A model generated the notes under the pieces. The model was not told the DNA's origin. It did not search any database and saw only the letters and a program-made list of their open reading frames with translations. A DNA stretch of 50,448 nt from assembly GCA_946554325.1 (NCBI GenBank), contig CAMNSB010000002.1, positions 1-50,448 of the forward strand, given 5' to 3'. This document shows, in pieces, positions 20,701 through 28,407 of the stretch. Each line of letters opens with the position of its first letter. Positions within the stretch are counted from its first letter, which is position 1. A program made the translations under genes and the position numbers. The DNA is from an uncultured Mycoplasmatota bacterium (GTDB taxonomy: Bacteria; Bacillota_I; Bacilli_A; RF39; UBA660).

Positions 20701-20729
20701 AATATACATTGCAAACAAATGTTTGTCAA
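20701..20729 (-). promoter_or_regulatory. Candidate uvrA distal promoter overlapped by a palindromic operator
   Basis: Minus-strand TTGACA (20724-20729), 17-nt spacer, TATATT (20701-20706). The spacer contains the inverted repeat CAAACA-nn-TGTTTG (20712-25), which resembles a Cheo/LexA box (CGAAC-N4-GTTCG) with symmetric G->A/C->T changes. Confidence 0.4.
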
Positions 20730-20745
20730 CAAAAATTAAAAAAAT

Positions 20746-21672
20746 CTATCTACTTTTCGGTCTTGTAGATAGAACTTTTTCGTATTGACTCATAAAATCA
20801 TTTTCATCTTCGCTACTTGTTGCGATTGTTGTTACTAGATAGTTAAACTTTTTATAATCTTCAGGTAAAGTTAGAAACTCCAAAAGATATTTTCCTGTTT
20901 CTAAATCTTTTTCTACCTCATAGGTTAGTCGTTCTATATCAAATTTCTCTTCATTAATCGCATTTACTAATTTTAAAGAAAAATTGAGATTATTTTGAAT
21001 TGTTTTTTCATTTAGTGTTCCATTCGGATATCTAATTTCCATTCTTTTACTTACTCTATAGTCTTGTAAGCTAATGCCATCTCTTTTTACAAATGTCGCT
21101 TGATCATGATATAGCAAATTATATAAATAATCTGTGTGTTCATTAAATTCTATTTTGTTTACTTTGTTCAGTAAAGTTGGACGCAGATGCCTAGCATACG
21201 TTTCTTTTTCATCTCGAATTAAAAAACAATCTCCCATATAATATAGGTCCATTTCATTTTCATATATTGACACTATTTTGGCAAGTGTTTCCATAAACTT
21301 TGGTGGTTTTTTTACTTTTTCTAACTTAATATTTATTTGATTACTGCAACTATTATTAATTTTGGCTCCATTTTCCCTTAATATTTTACATATTTTCTTT
21401 AGCTCTATCCAATCTATTTTTTCATTATTATAAAGTCTACTTGAGATTTCTCCTCCATATATCTTTTTTTCTTTTTCTACTGATACTGTACTATCTATAT
21501 CTAAGTAATTTCTATTATAAATAGTACTACTTGATTTGTGGTTTCTCATATAGACTATTGGTATTTCTGTTTTTTGAAATTGTTTTTCTAATTGTTCTAG
21601 GGAAGCATCTACAAATTCTAGTTCTTGTCCATATGGATACTTGGTAATTCCTATATCATATCGATAGATCAT
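20746..21672 (-). CDS. Amidoligase-like (glutamine-synthetase-fold, Amidoligase_2-type) protein, possibly degenerate
   Basis: Motif order typical of the family: N-terminal G-x-E-x-E (YGQELEF), mid GGEISSR, GA-x-x-N-x-SC (GAKINNSCSNQINI) and C-terminal MEIRYPNGTLN (the family has lEfR...gTld). Start set to ATG 21672 behind AAAGGAAG. Confidence 0.4.
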   Translation of the reverse strand: MIYRYDIGITKYPYGQELEFVDASLEQLEKQFQKTEIPIVYMRNHKSSSTIYNRNYLDIDSTVSVEKEKKIYGGEISSRLYNNEKIDWIELKKICKILRENGAKINNSCSNQINIKLEKVKKPPKFMETLAKIVSIYENEMDLYYMGDCFLIRDEKETYARHLRPTLLNKVNKIEFNEHTDYLYNLLYHDQATFVKRDGISLQDYRVSKRMEIRYPNGTLNEKTIQNNLNFSLKLVNAINEEKFDIERLTYEVEKDLETGKYLLEFLTLPEDYKKFNYLVTTIATSSEDENDFMSQYEKVLSTRPKSR

Positions 21673-21729
21673 CGTGACCACTTCCTTTTTTTAGAACATA
21701 TTATAAATCTTTTTTTGTATTTTTTCAAT

Positions 21730-23184
21730 TTATTTTTGATTTGAGGTTTTTAATTCTTTTATTTTTCTTTTGGCATAACTTGTTTTTACTTCTTTTTCCC
21801 AATCTCTACATGGTCCAATAAAATTTTCATCTGTTTTTATTTTTACTCGGTCTTCATTTTTTAACATGTAGTTTAGAGAAACTTCTTCTTCATTCACTAT
21901 AGCATTCGTTAAATATGGGGCATTGTTTTCATCTATTCTGTAGGCAAAATCCATTAGGCAAGCATCTATTGGTAATTCTATTACTTCTCCTGTTTGGTCA
22001 TGAATTACATGAATGTGTTTTGCAAATAGTTCTGTTTTTAGGCAATTTACAAATGCTTGATTACTTGTTATTGTCTCATTTGCATCTATTAAATAACTGT
22101 AGAATTGACTTTTCTTTTCTAATTCTTCTTGCATATAATATTTTGCATTTTCGTGATAAAATTCCCAATATGCTGAAAGTCCTTTAGCAGCAATTTTGTG
22201 CATTCTTTCCGTTCTAATTTGAGCTTGTACATGTCTTCCTTCTAAACCATAGACAGTAGTGTGAAGGGACTGATAAAGGTTGGTTTTGGGACTACAGATA
22301 TAGTCTTTCATTTTTCCTGGAACTGGTTTAAATTTTCTATGAATTAGACCTAAACTTTGGTAGCATTCAAAGAAATCTTCTACTACTATTTTTAAAGCTA
22401 GAAGATCATTCATTTTGGCAAGATTTTGATGTTCCTTTAAATAGTTAGAGATTCCATAGATACTTTTTATTCTTGGCGTAATTTTACTAGTAATCCCTTC
22501 CTTTTTTAGGGCATTTTTAATTATTTCAGACATTTCTTCTAAGCATTCTTTACTTTTCTCTTCTAATTTTTCTCTTGTTTCTTTGGCATATTTATAGGTA
22601 TCTGGTTCTAAATACATAAGAGATAAATCTCTTAGTTCTACTTGTGTTTCATTATCCCCTAAGTAGTTTGCTGTTGGTGCCATGATGTCCATTGTTTCTT
22701 TGGCATTTTCTATTTGTTTTTCATACCTTTTGTACTGTAATGTTCGCATATTGTGCTTACGATCTGCTAATTTTATTTGAGGAATCCTAACGTCTGTTTT
22801 TATTCCTACTGATAACTTTCTGATATTTGCCATATTCTGTTCTTGTTTTGTAGAAAAATTTAATCTACTAATTTTTGAAACACCATCTGTTAGAATTGCT
22901 ACATCTTTATTATACTCTTTTTCAATATCTTCTTTTGTGATATCTGTATCTTCAATCGTATCATGTAAAAGGCATGCACAAATAGTGTCTCTATCTGCAT
23001 AGCGTAAGGCCATTAAATAAGCAACATATAGAGGATGGCTAATATAAGGGTCTCCACTTTGTCTATAGACTCCACTATGCAAACTTTTGGCATCCTTATA
23101 AGCATGCATTATCATCTTAGCATCTTCTTCTTTGGTATAAGTATTTACTAGTGTCATTAAATCATCAATTGTTGGATTTTTCAT
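21730..23184 (-). CDS. RelA/SpoT homologue: HD hydrolase + synthetase-like + TGS, lacking the distal C-terminal regulatory domains
   Basis: 484 aa. HD motifs (ISHPL, LLHDTIEDT, ADRKHNMRTL), a RelA_SpoT-like region (PRIKSIYGI, DYICSPKTNLYQSLHTTV, QAQIRT) and a TGS-like segment (GEVIELPIDACLMDFAYRI...RVKIKT). Only about 40 aa follow the TGS. Confidence 0.85.
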   Translation of the reverse strand: MKNPTIDDLMTLVNTYTKEEDAKMIMHAYKDAKSLHSGVYRQSGDPYISHPLYVAYLMALRYADRDTICACLLHDTIEDTDITKEDIEKEYNKDVAILTDGVSKISRLNFSTKQEQNMANIRKLSVGIKTDVRIPQIKLADRKHNMRTLQYKRYEKQIENAKETMDIMAPTANYLGDNETQVELRDLSLMYLEPDTYKYAKETREKLEEKSKECLEEMSEIIKNALKKEGITSKITPRIKSIYGISNYLKEHQNLAKMNDLLALKIVVEDFFECYQSLGLIHRKFKPVPGKMKDYICSPKTNLYQSLHTTVYGLEGRHVQAQIRTERMHKIAAKGLSAYWEFYHENAKYYMQEELEKKSQFYSYLIDANETITSNQAFVNCLKTELFAKHIHVIHDQTGEVIELPIDACLMDFAYRIDENNAPYLTNAIVNEEEVSLNYMLKNEDRVKIKTDENFIGPCRDWEKEVKTSYAKRKIKELKTSNQK

Positions 23185-23203
23185 TTTCTCTTCCTCCTAT
23201 AGC

Positions 23204-23246
23204 AAAATGACAGTTTTAAGCTCTTAAGACTTAAAACCGTCATTTT
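23204..23246 (-). terminator. Strong hairpin/intrinsic terminator between the small ORF and the Rel-like gene
   Basis: Minus-strand AAAAUGACGGUUUUAAG-[9-nt loop]-CUUAAAACUGUCAUUUU forms a 17-bp stem with one G.U. The 3' arm ends in U4, and the Rel-like RBS AGGAGG follows 6 nt later. Confidence 0.65.
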
Positions 23247-23334
23247 ATTTTTTCATTATTTGTTTTGGACACAATAATGGTGCTAGTGGAAAGTTTTGAA
23301 TACTATTTTGATTATTTACTATCACTACTACCAT
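23245..23334 (-). CDS. Unannotated 29-aa ORF downstream of the radical SAM/SPASM gene (candidate peptide substrate or leader peptide)
   Basis: GGAGG (23340-23344), a 5-nt spacer, then the ATG at 23334. Translates MVVVIVNNQNSIQNFPLAPLLCPKQIMKK*. The stop codon overlaps the first bases of the terminator stem. It is below the ORF-track length cut-off. Confidence 0.35.
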   Translation of the reverse strand: MVVVIVNNQNSIQNFPLAPLLCPKQIMKK

Positions 23335-23383
23335 AGAAACCTCCAAAATATTTATATTAATATTATCACTTTTTCTTTAAATG

Positions 23384-24226
23384 TCAATCTTTTTTTATCT
23401 TAAATCTTTCTTTATAGGTACAGCTTTGACATAACTCTTCACTAGGATAATGCGTCTGAAAACTTTCTTTTAATGTATTTAATCTAGGAGAAGCAAGAAT
23501 AGAGGAAAAACTTTCTTTATAAATATTTCCAAGGTTTATGATACCGTTACTGTCTAGACAACATGGTACTATAGTTCCATCTACTAAAATAGCAATCTGT
23601 GTTTTTAAGGCCATACAATATCCACAAGATTTGTGATTTGTCTTTCTGGGCCAGATAAATTCTTTTTCTTTATCCACATAAGTAGTAGAATTTATTTTGA
23701 CATTTTGCTCACATTTTAACTTTTCCACAATATTGGGGGATAAGTTGTAATATTTCTTTAATCTTTCCACAATTTTTGTTGATTTTTCATCTAGTCTAGT
23801 ATCCTTTAGTGTCCACAATCTATAAATTATTAGAATATCTTCTCTGATGATGGTAGTGGCTGTTAGTATTTTTTCTATGATGCCACTATTTTTATATTCT
23901 GCATGGAGAGAGATGTTTATCTTCTTTACAGAAGGATGAGTATTTAGCATATCAACTTTTTCGGGTAGTAAGATACCATTTGTTGTGATATTTACCCTAA
24001 GAGCATAAAAATCAGCAAGAGTAAGAAGGGAGTCTAGATGTGGGTGAAGAAGAGGTTCTCCTTTTACGTGTAAATAAATGGTGTTTGTATAAGGTTTGAT
24101 TTCTTTTAAAATACGTTCAAACTCTCCTATTTTCATCATTCGAGTTTTTCTGTTATCTTTACTACAGAAGGAACAGGCGAGATTGCAATGATTTGTTATT
24201 TCTATATATACTTTCTTAAATTTCAT
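23384..24226 (-). CDS. Radical SAM enzyme with C-terminal SPASM/twitch-type Cys cluster
   Basis: 280 aa. CNLACSFC (CxxxCxxC) at residues 14-21. C-terminal cysteines CGYC...PCC...CQSC. The ATG overlaps the uvrB stop (TAATG). Confidence 0.85.
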   Translation of the reverse strand: MKFKKVYIEITNHCNLACSFCSKDNRKTRMMKIGEFERILKEIKPYTNTIYLHVKGEPLLHPHLDSLLTLADFYALRVNITTNGILLPEKVDMLNTHPSVKKINISLHAEYKNSGIIEKILTATTIIREDILIIYRLWTLKDTRLDEKSTKIVERLKKYYNLSPNIVEKLKCEQNVKINSTTYVDKEKEFIWPRKTNHKSCGYCMALKTQIAILVDGTIVPCCLDSNGIINLGNIYKESFSSILASPRLNTLKESFQTHYPSEELCQSCTYKERFKIKKD

Positions 24227-26172
24227 TATTCTGACTTCATTTCAAACAAGATGTCTCTAAGTTCCATGGCACGTTCAAAGTCTAGATTCTTTGCGGCTTC
24301 TCTCATTTCTTGTTCAACCTTTTCTATGGTTAGTGCTATTTCTTTTTTGGTCATTTTCTTCTTAGGAGATGATGCCTCATCTACATTACTAATTACTTCT
24401 CTAATTTCTTTTTGGATTGTTTTTGGAATAATGCCATACTCTTTATTATATGATTCTTGAATTTTTCTACGACGAGCAGTTTCTGTGATTGCCTGATTCA
24501 TACTATCTGTTACTTTATCTCCATACATAATAACGTGTCCTTTGGCATTTCTTGCACAACGTCCGATGGTCTGAATTAAACTTCTGTTACTACGTAAGAA
24601 TCCCTCTTTATCTGCATCAAGAATTGCAATTAGGGAAACTTCTGGGATATCGATTCCTTCTCGTAATAAGTTAATTCCTACTACTACATCGTATTTTCCT
24701 GCTCTTAAGTCGTGAATGATTTTTAGTCTTTGGAGAGTTTTTACTTCGGCATGTAAATAGGCTACTTTGATATCTAACTCTTTTAAATAGTTTGTTAGCT
24801 CTTCTGCCATACGAATCGTAAGGGTTGTTACTAATGTTCTTTCATTTAATTCAATTCGCTTGTTAATTTCTCCTACTAAGTCATCAATTTGGCCTTCTGT
24901 TTTTCTCACTTCTACTGTTGGATCTAAAAGCCCTGTTGGTCGGATGATTTGTTCAATGAATTTTCCTTCAGTGTGTTCTAGTTCATAATCCCCTGGCGTT
25001 GCAGAAACATAGATTGCTTGATTGATTTTTTTCTCAAATTCATCAAACTTTAATGGTCTATTATCTAGGGCGCTTGGAAGACGAAAGCCGAAGTCTACTA
25101 AATTCATTTTGCGAGCACGGTCTCCATTATACATTCCTCTTACCTGTGGTAGAGTAACATGAGACTCATCTATAACAAGTAGGTAGTCATCTGGAAAGAA
25201 GTCCATCAAAGTAGTTGGAGTTTCTCCAGGGCTTCTTCCTGCCATTGGGGCAGAATAGTTTTCAATTCCTGTGCAAAAACCTGTTTCTTCCAACATTTCA
25301 ATATCATAATTTGTCCTTTGTTCTAGGCGTTCTGCTGGTAGGGGTTTATTATTTTCTTTAAAATATGCAAGCCGTTCTTTTAACTCTTTTTGTATTCTAA
25401 CAATGGCATCTTTTAATTTATTATCACTTACTACGAAATGACTTGCTGGAAATAGACTAATGGTTTTTTTATTTGAGATAATTGCTCCTGTTAGAGTATC
25501 TATTTCACTAATCCTATCAATTTCACTACCAAAAAACTCAATTCGGTAACCCGTCGTATTTTGATATGCTGGAATGATTTCTAAGGTATCTCCTCTTACT
25601 CTAAAAGTTCCACGTTTAAAGTCCATGTCGTTTCGCTCATATAGCATGTCCACTAGTTTTGTAAGTACTGCATTTCTTTCCACTTCGTCTCCTACATTTA
25701 GAGTTAACATTTTATTTTTATACTCATCTACTTCACCAATACCATAGATACAAGAGACACTAGCAACCACAATAACATCTCTACTTGATAAAAGACTACT
25801 AGTAGCACGATGACGAAGTTCATCTATTTCATCATTGATGGATGAGTCTTTTTCAATATAAGTATCGGTGGAAGGAACATATGCTTCTGGTTGATAGTAA
25901 TCGTAGTATGACACAAAATACTCTACTCGGTTATTTGGAAATAGTTCCTTAAATTCACTGTAAAGTTGTCCTGCTAGTGTTTTATTGTGAGCAAGTACTA
26001 AGGTTGGCTTATTTACTTCTTTTATTACATTTGCAATTGTAAATGTTTTTCCTGTTCCTGTTGCTCCTAGTAGGACTTGTTCTTTTTTTCCTTCTTTAAT
26101 GCCATTCACTAATTCTTTTATTGCTTTTGGTTGGTCCCCATTGGGGGTATATTTTGATACTAATTCAAACAT
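24226..26172 (-). CDS. uvrB: Excinuclease ABC subunit B
   Basis: Helicase motifs GATGTGKTF and DESH, and a C-terminal UVR domain ([16 protein letters not shown]). Start set to ATG 26172 (MFELVSKY) behind GGAGG; the ORF-track start 26244 adds 24 unlikely residues. Confidence 0.96.
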   Translation of the reverse strand: MFELVSKYTPNGDQPKAIKELVNGIKEGKKEQVLLGATGTGKTFTIANVIKEVNKPTLVLAHNKTLAGQLYSEFKELFPNNRVEYFVSYYDYYQPEAYVPSTDTYIEKDSSINDEIDELRHRATSSLLSSRDVIVVASVSCIYGIGEVDEYKNKMLTLNVGDEVERNAVLTKLVDMLYERNDMDFKRGTFRVRGDTLEIIPAYQNTTGYRIEFFGSEIDRISEIDTLTGAIISNKKTISLFPASHFVVSDNKLKDAIVRIQKELKERLAYFKENNKPLPAERLEQRTNYDIEMLEETGFCTGIENYSAPMAGRSPGETPTTLMDFFPDDYLLVIDESHVTLPQVRGMYNGDRARKMNLVDFGFRLPSALDNRPLKFDEFEKKINQAIYVSATPGDYELEHTEGKFIEQIIRPTGLLDPTVEVRKTEGQIDDLVGEINKRIELNERTLVTTLTIRMAEELTNYLKELDIKVAYLHAEVKTLQRLKIIHDLRAGKYDVVVGINLLREGIDIPEVSLIAILDADKEGFLRSNRSLIQTIGRCARNAKGHVIMYGDKVTDSMNQAITETARRRKIQESYNKEYGIIPKTIQKEIREVISNVDEASSPKKKMTKKEIALTIEKVEQEMREAAKNLDFERAMELRDILFEMKSE

Positions 26173-26356
26173 TTTCTGACCTCCATCTTTTCGCATATAT
26201 TTACTGTAAAAACCTATATTGATTTCTATTTTATATAAATTCATTTAGAATAGCAATATATTTTAATTAGAAAAAGAAAAGACTCTTTCAGCTTTTATGT
26301 TAATTTATTGTTTTCATTGATTTTTGATATGATTTCTCAGTATTTTGTAAGAGTAT

Positions 26357-27019
26357 TTAGATTTTCTTTTGATAGAATCCTATATTGGAAATAGTTTCTT
26401 CTAATATATTGTTTTTTATAATTTTTTCTGTAATATGAGTTATTGTTTCAATACTTGGATTATTGTTTAACTCTTCATAATAACTTTTCATTTCATTATT
26501 TCTTGTTCTTGAATCAAAATAGTTTTTAAGTATAATAGCTGTTGCATAATCATATGCACTGTCCTCATTGATTGCTTGATGGGCATTTAAGTTATCTAGT
26601 AATACTTCTGGATTTTCTAAAACACTATCCATGTTTCTTGTCTTTATTTTGATCTTCTTTATTCAAGCATTCTACTAAAAAGGGTACAGTTTGTGATGCT
26701 GGGAGTATTGCAAGCAACTCCTAAACTTTAAAGGTATGTATAATTACTTCAAAATCATTATAAATTAGATCATTCCAAAAGAAATCTTTTAATAGATCAT
26801 TATAAAATGGTTTTGTCATATATTGATTGAAAGTTGTCCATGTTAAGGCTTTTAATTTTTCTCTTTCTTCTTTGTGGCATGGTACAGCTTTTATAATCTA
26901 TATATCTAATTTCATCTTCATGAATCCTACAGTATCTCTTTGCAGTAAAAATATCTAGATTTTTAAAGTAACAATTTTTACACCTAATAGGTGGAAAACC
27001 TTTTTTTAATTTTTTTCAT
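26357..27019 (-). pseudogene. Decayed gene of unknown function (multiple frame changes/stops)
   Basis: Minus-strand reading from ATG 27019 gives MKKIKK, then after frame changes GFPPIRCKNCYFKNLDIFTAKRYCRIHEDEIRYIDYKSC..., then DLLKDFFWNDLIYNDFEV, then ELLAILPASQTVPFLVECL, ending in the 91-aa ORF 26357..26632. The first shift falls in an A-run. Confidence 0.4.
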
Positions 27020-27139
27020 TTGTATCATAGTGTTTAATAGGTTGATAGGTCATAATCTATTTTCCTTTCTTTTTTTACTTTATTATACTATATAAGATTA
27101 AAATGTTCTTTAAAACTTTTTTTATTTTGAATTTTAATT

Positions 27140-27174
27140 AAAAAGCTCCATGTTAATTATACATAGAACTTTTT
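27140..27174 (-). terminator. Intrinsic terminator after the ftsEX-M23 operon
   Basis: Minus-strand 13-bp stem AAAAAGUUCUAUG-[9 nt]-CAUGGAGCUUUUU (two G.U pairs), about 20 nt after the M23 stop. Confidence 0.5.
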
Positions 27175-27195
27175 AAAATTAGAGGCTTTAAAATT

Positions 27196-28407
27196 TTATC
27201 TACTATTCCAACGTGATGGAAAATTAATATAGCGTCCTGGATTAATGGTACTTCTTTGGTATTGACCCCAAGTGCATCCTCCACCTGGTGATTTCCAATC
27301 ACATGTTGTTAATTCTACATGTAAATGTGGTCCTGTTGAGTATCCAGTAGATCCCATTAGTCCAAGCCTTGTACCTGGTGTTACTGTCTGTCCTACATTT
27401 ACATACCATGCTCTCATATGGGCATAAGTGGAATAAATAATTTGTCCTCCTATATTATGTCTTATTTTTAATACCAATGCTCCATAACCATCATAAAATT
27501 TTGCAGTAACGATTCCTGTAGCTAATGGATAGATAGGAATTGATTTGTTGCTACTTGATAAATCCATTCCCATATGGCCACCATATCCGCCATAACCTTG
27601 TGTAATATATCCATATTGCATTGGAAGAGCAAAACCATATTGGTTCATTGTATAACTTCCATCATCAGCAACTACAGTACCTCCGCCACTTCCAACTGGT
27701 GGGGGGTCTAGTCTTGCTATACAGGCATTGATTGTTTCTGTTTTATAGCAACCTTTTTTTGTTAAATACTCCACTTGTGCTTTAGCACTTTTTATTTGTT
27801 CTTCTAAATTTGGCATTCCTGCTTTTATTTTAGAAGTGTCTGCATCAATTCTTTCTTTTTCTGATTGAAGAGATTTTTTAAGTGAATCTAGCTCTGTTTT
27901 TTTCTTGGCAAGGGAATCCTTTTGTTGGTTATTTTTTTCAATTAATGCTTTTAGTTCTTTCATTACTTGATCATTATATTCTGTTAATTGTTCTACTACT
28001 GACATTCTATATATCATATCTGTAATGCTAGTAGATCCGAATGCATATTCCAAATAGGCATTATCTCCATTTGCAATTTGATAATATTCCATTATCTTTT
28101 TGCTTTCTTCTTTTTTTGCTACTATTTCTTCTTCATTCTTTTTTATTTCTTGTTCAAGATTTGCAATATCTGTTTCTGCTTGTTTAATTTGGGATTCAAT
28201 ATTTGTAATTTTTTTCTTAATTTCTGCTACTTCAGCATCGTTTTTTGCTACTTTATCTTTCTTTTCTTGTAACTCTTGTGTATATTTTTTTACTTCTGCT
28301 TCAAACTCTGCTAAAGTTTGGGCTTTTGCTTTTGTTTCTGTTGGTACTGAAATCATACCAATACTCATGATAGCAATACTAAATAATGCAATACTCTTTT
28401 TTCTCAT
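27196..28407 (-). CDS. FtsEX-associated coiled-coil M23 (LytM) peptidoglycan hydrolase (PcsB/EnvC-like)
   Basis: 403 aa. Signal peptide, a long Lys/Glu coiled coil, and a C-terminal LytM domain with intact HMGMD, YAHM and GPHLHVE motifs. Start overlaps the ftsX stop. Confidence 0.85.
   Translation of the reverse strand: MRKKSIALFSIAIMSIGMISVPTETKAKAQTLAEFEAEVKKYTQELQEKKDKVAKNDAEVAEIKKKITNIESQIKQAETDIANLEQEIKKNEEEIVAKKEESKKIMEYYQIANGDNAYLEYAFGSTSITDMIYRMSVVEQLTEYNDQVMKELKALIEKNNQQKDSLAKKKTELDSLKKSLQSEKERIDADTSKIKAGMPNLEEQIKSAKAQVEYLTKKGCYKTETINACIARLDPPPVGSGGGTVVADDGSYTMNQYGFALPMQYGYITQGYGGYGGHMGMDLSSSNKSIPIYPLATGIVTAKFYDGYGALVLKIRHNIGGQIIYSTYAHMRAWYVNVGQTVTPGTRLGLMGSTGYSTGPHLHVELTTCDWKSPGGGCTWGQYQRSTINPGRYINFPSRWNSR

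Noticed and set aside
20711-20722. The 12-mer TTGCAAACAAAT is shared between the uvrA promoter palindrome (20711-20722) and the distal att-like repeat (35039-35050), with a related TTGACAAACAACAAATTTGTT at 38818-38838. This might be a common operator or regulon.
   Set aside because: A single shared 12-mer in 50 kb of AT-rich DNA is within chance expectation. Two of the three sites are copies of the same duplicated segment, so there are only two independent occurrences. I kept only the uvrA palindrome as a low-interest finding.
26173-26244. N-terminal extensions suggested by the ORF track: uvrB 26244, yvcK 15592, RhuM 36405, rpmE 50335, ftsE 29997, pnuC 5309 and amidoligase-like 21681.
   Set aside because: Internal start codons with properly spaced Shine-Dalgarno sequences give N-termini that match the conserved family starts, for example MFELVSKY for UvrB and MKKGIHPDY for L31. 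The extensions lack RBSs or overlap upstream genes.
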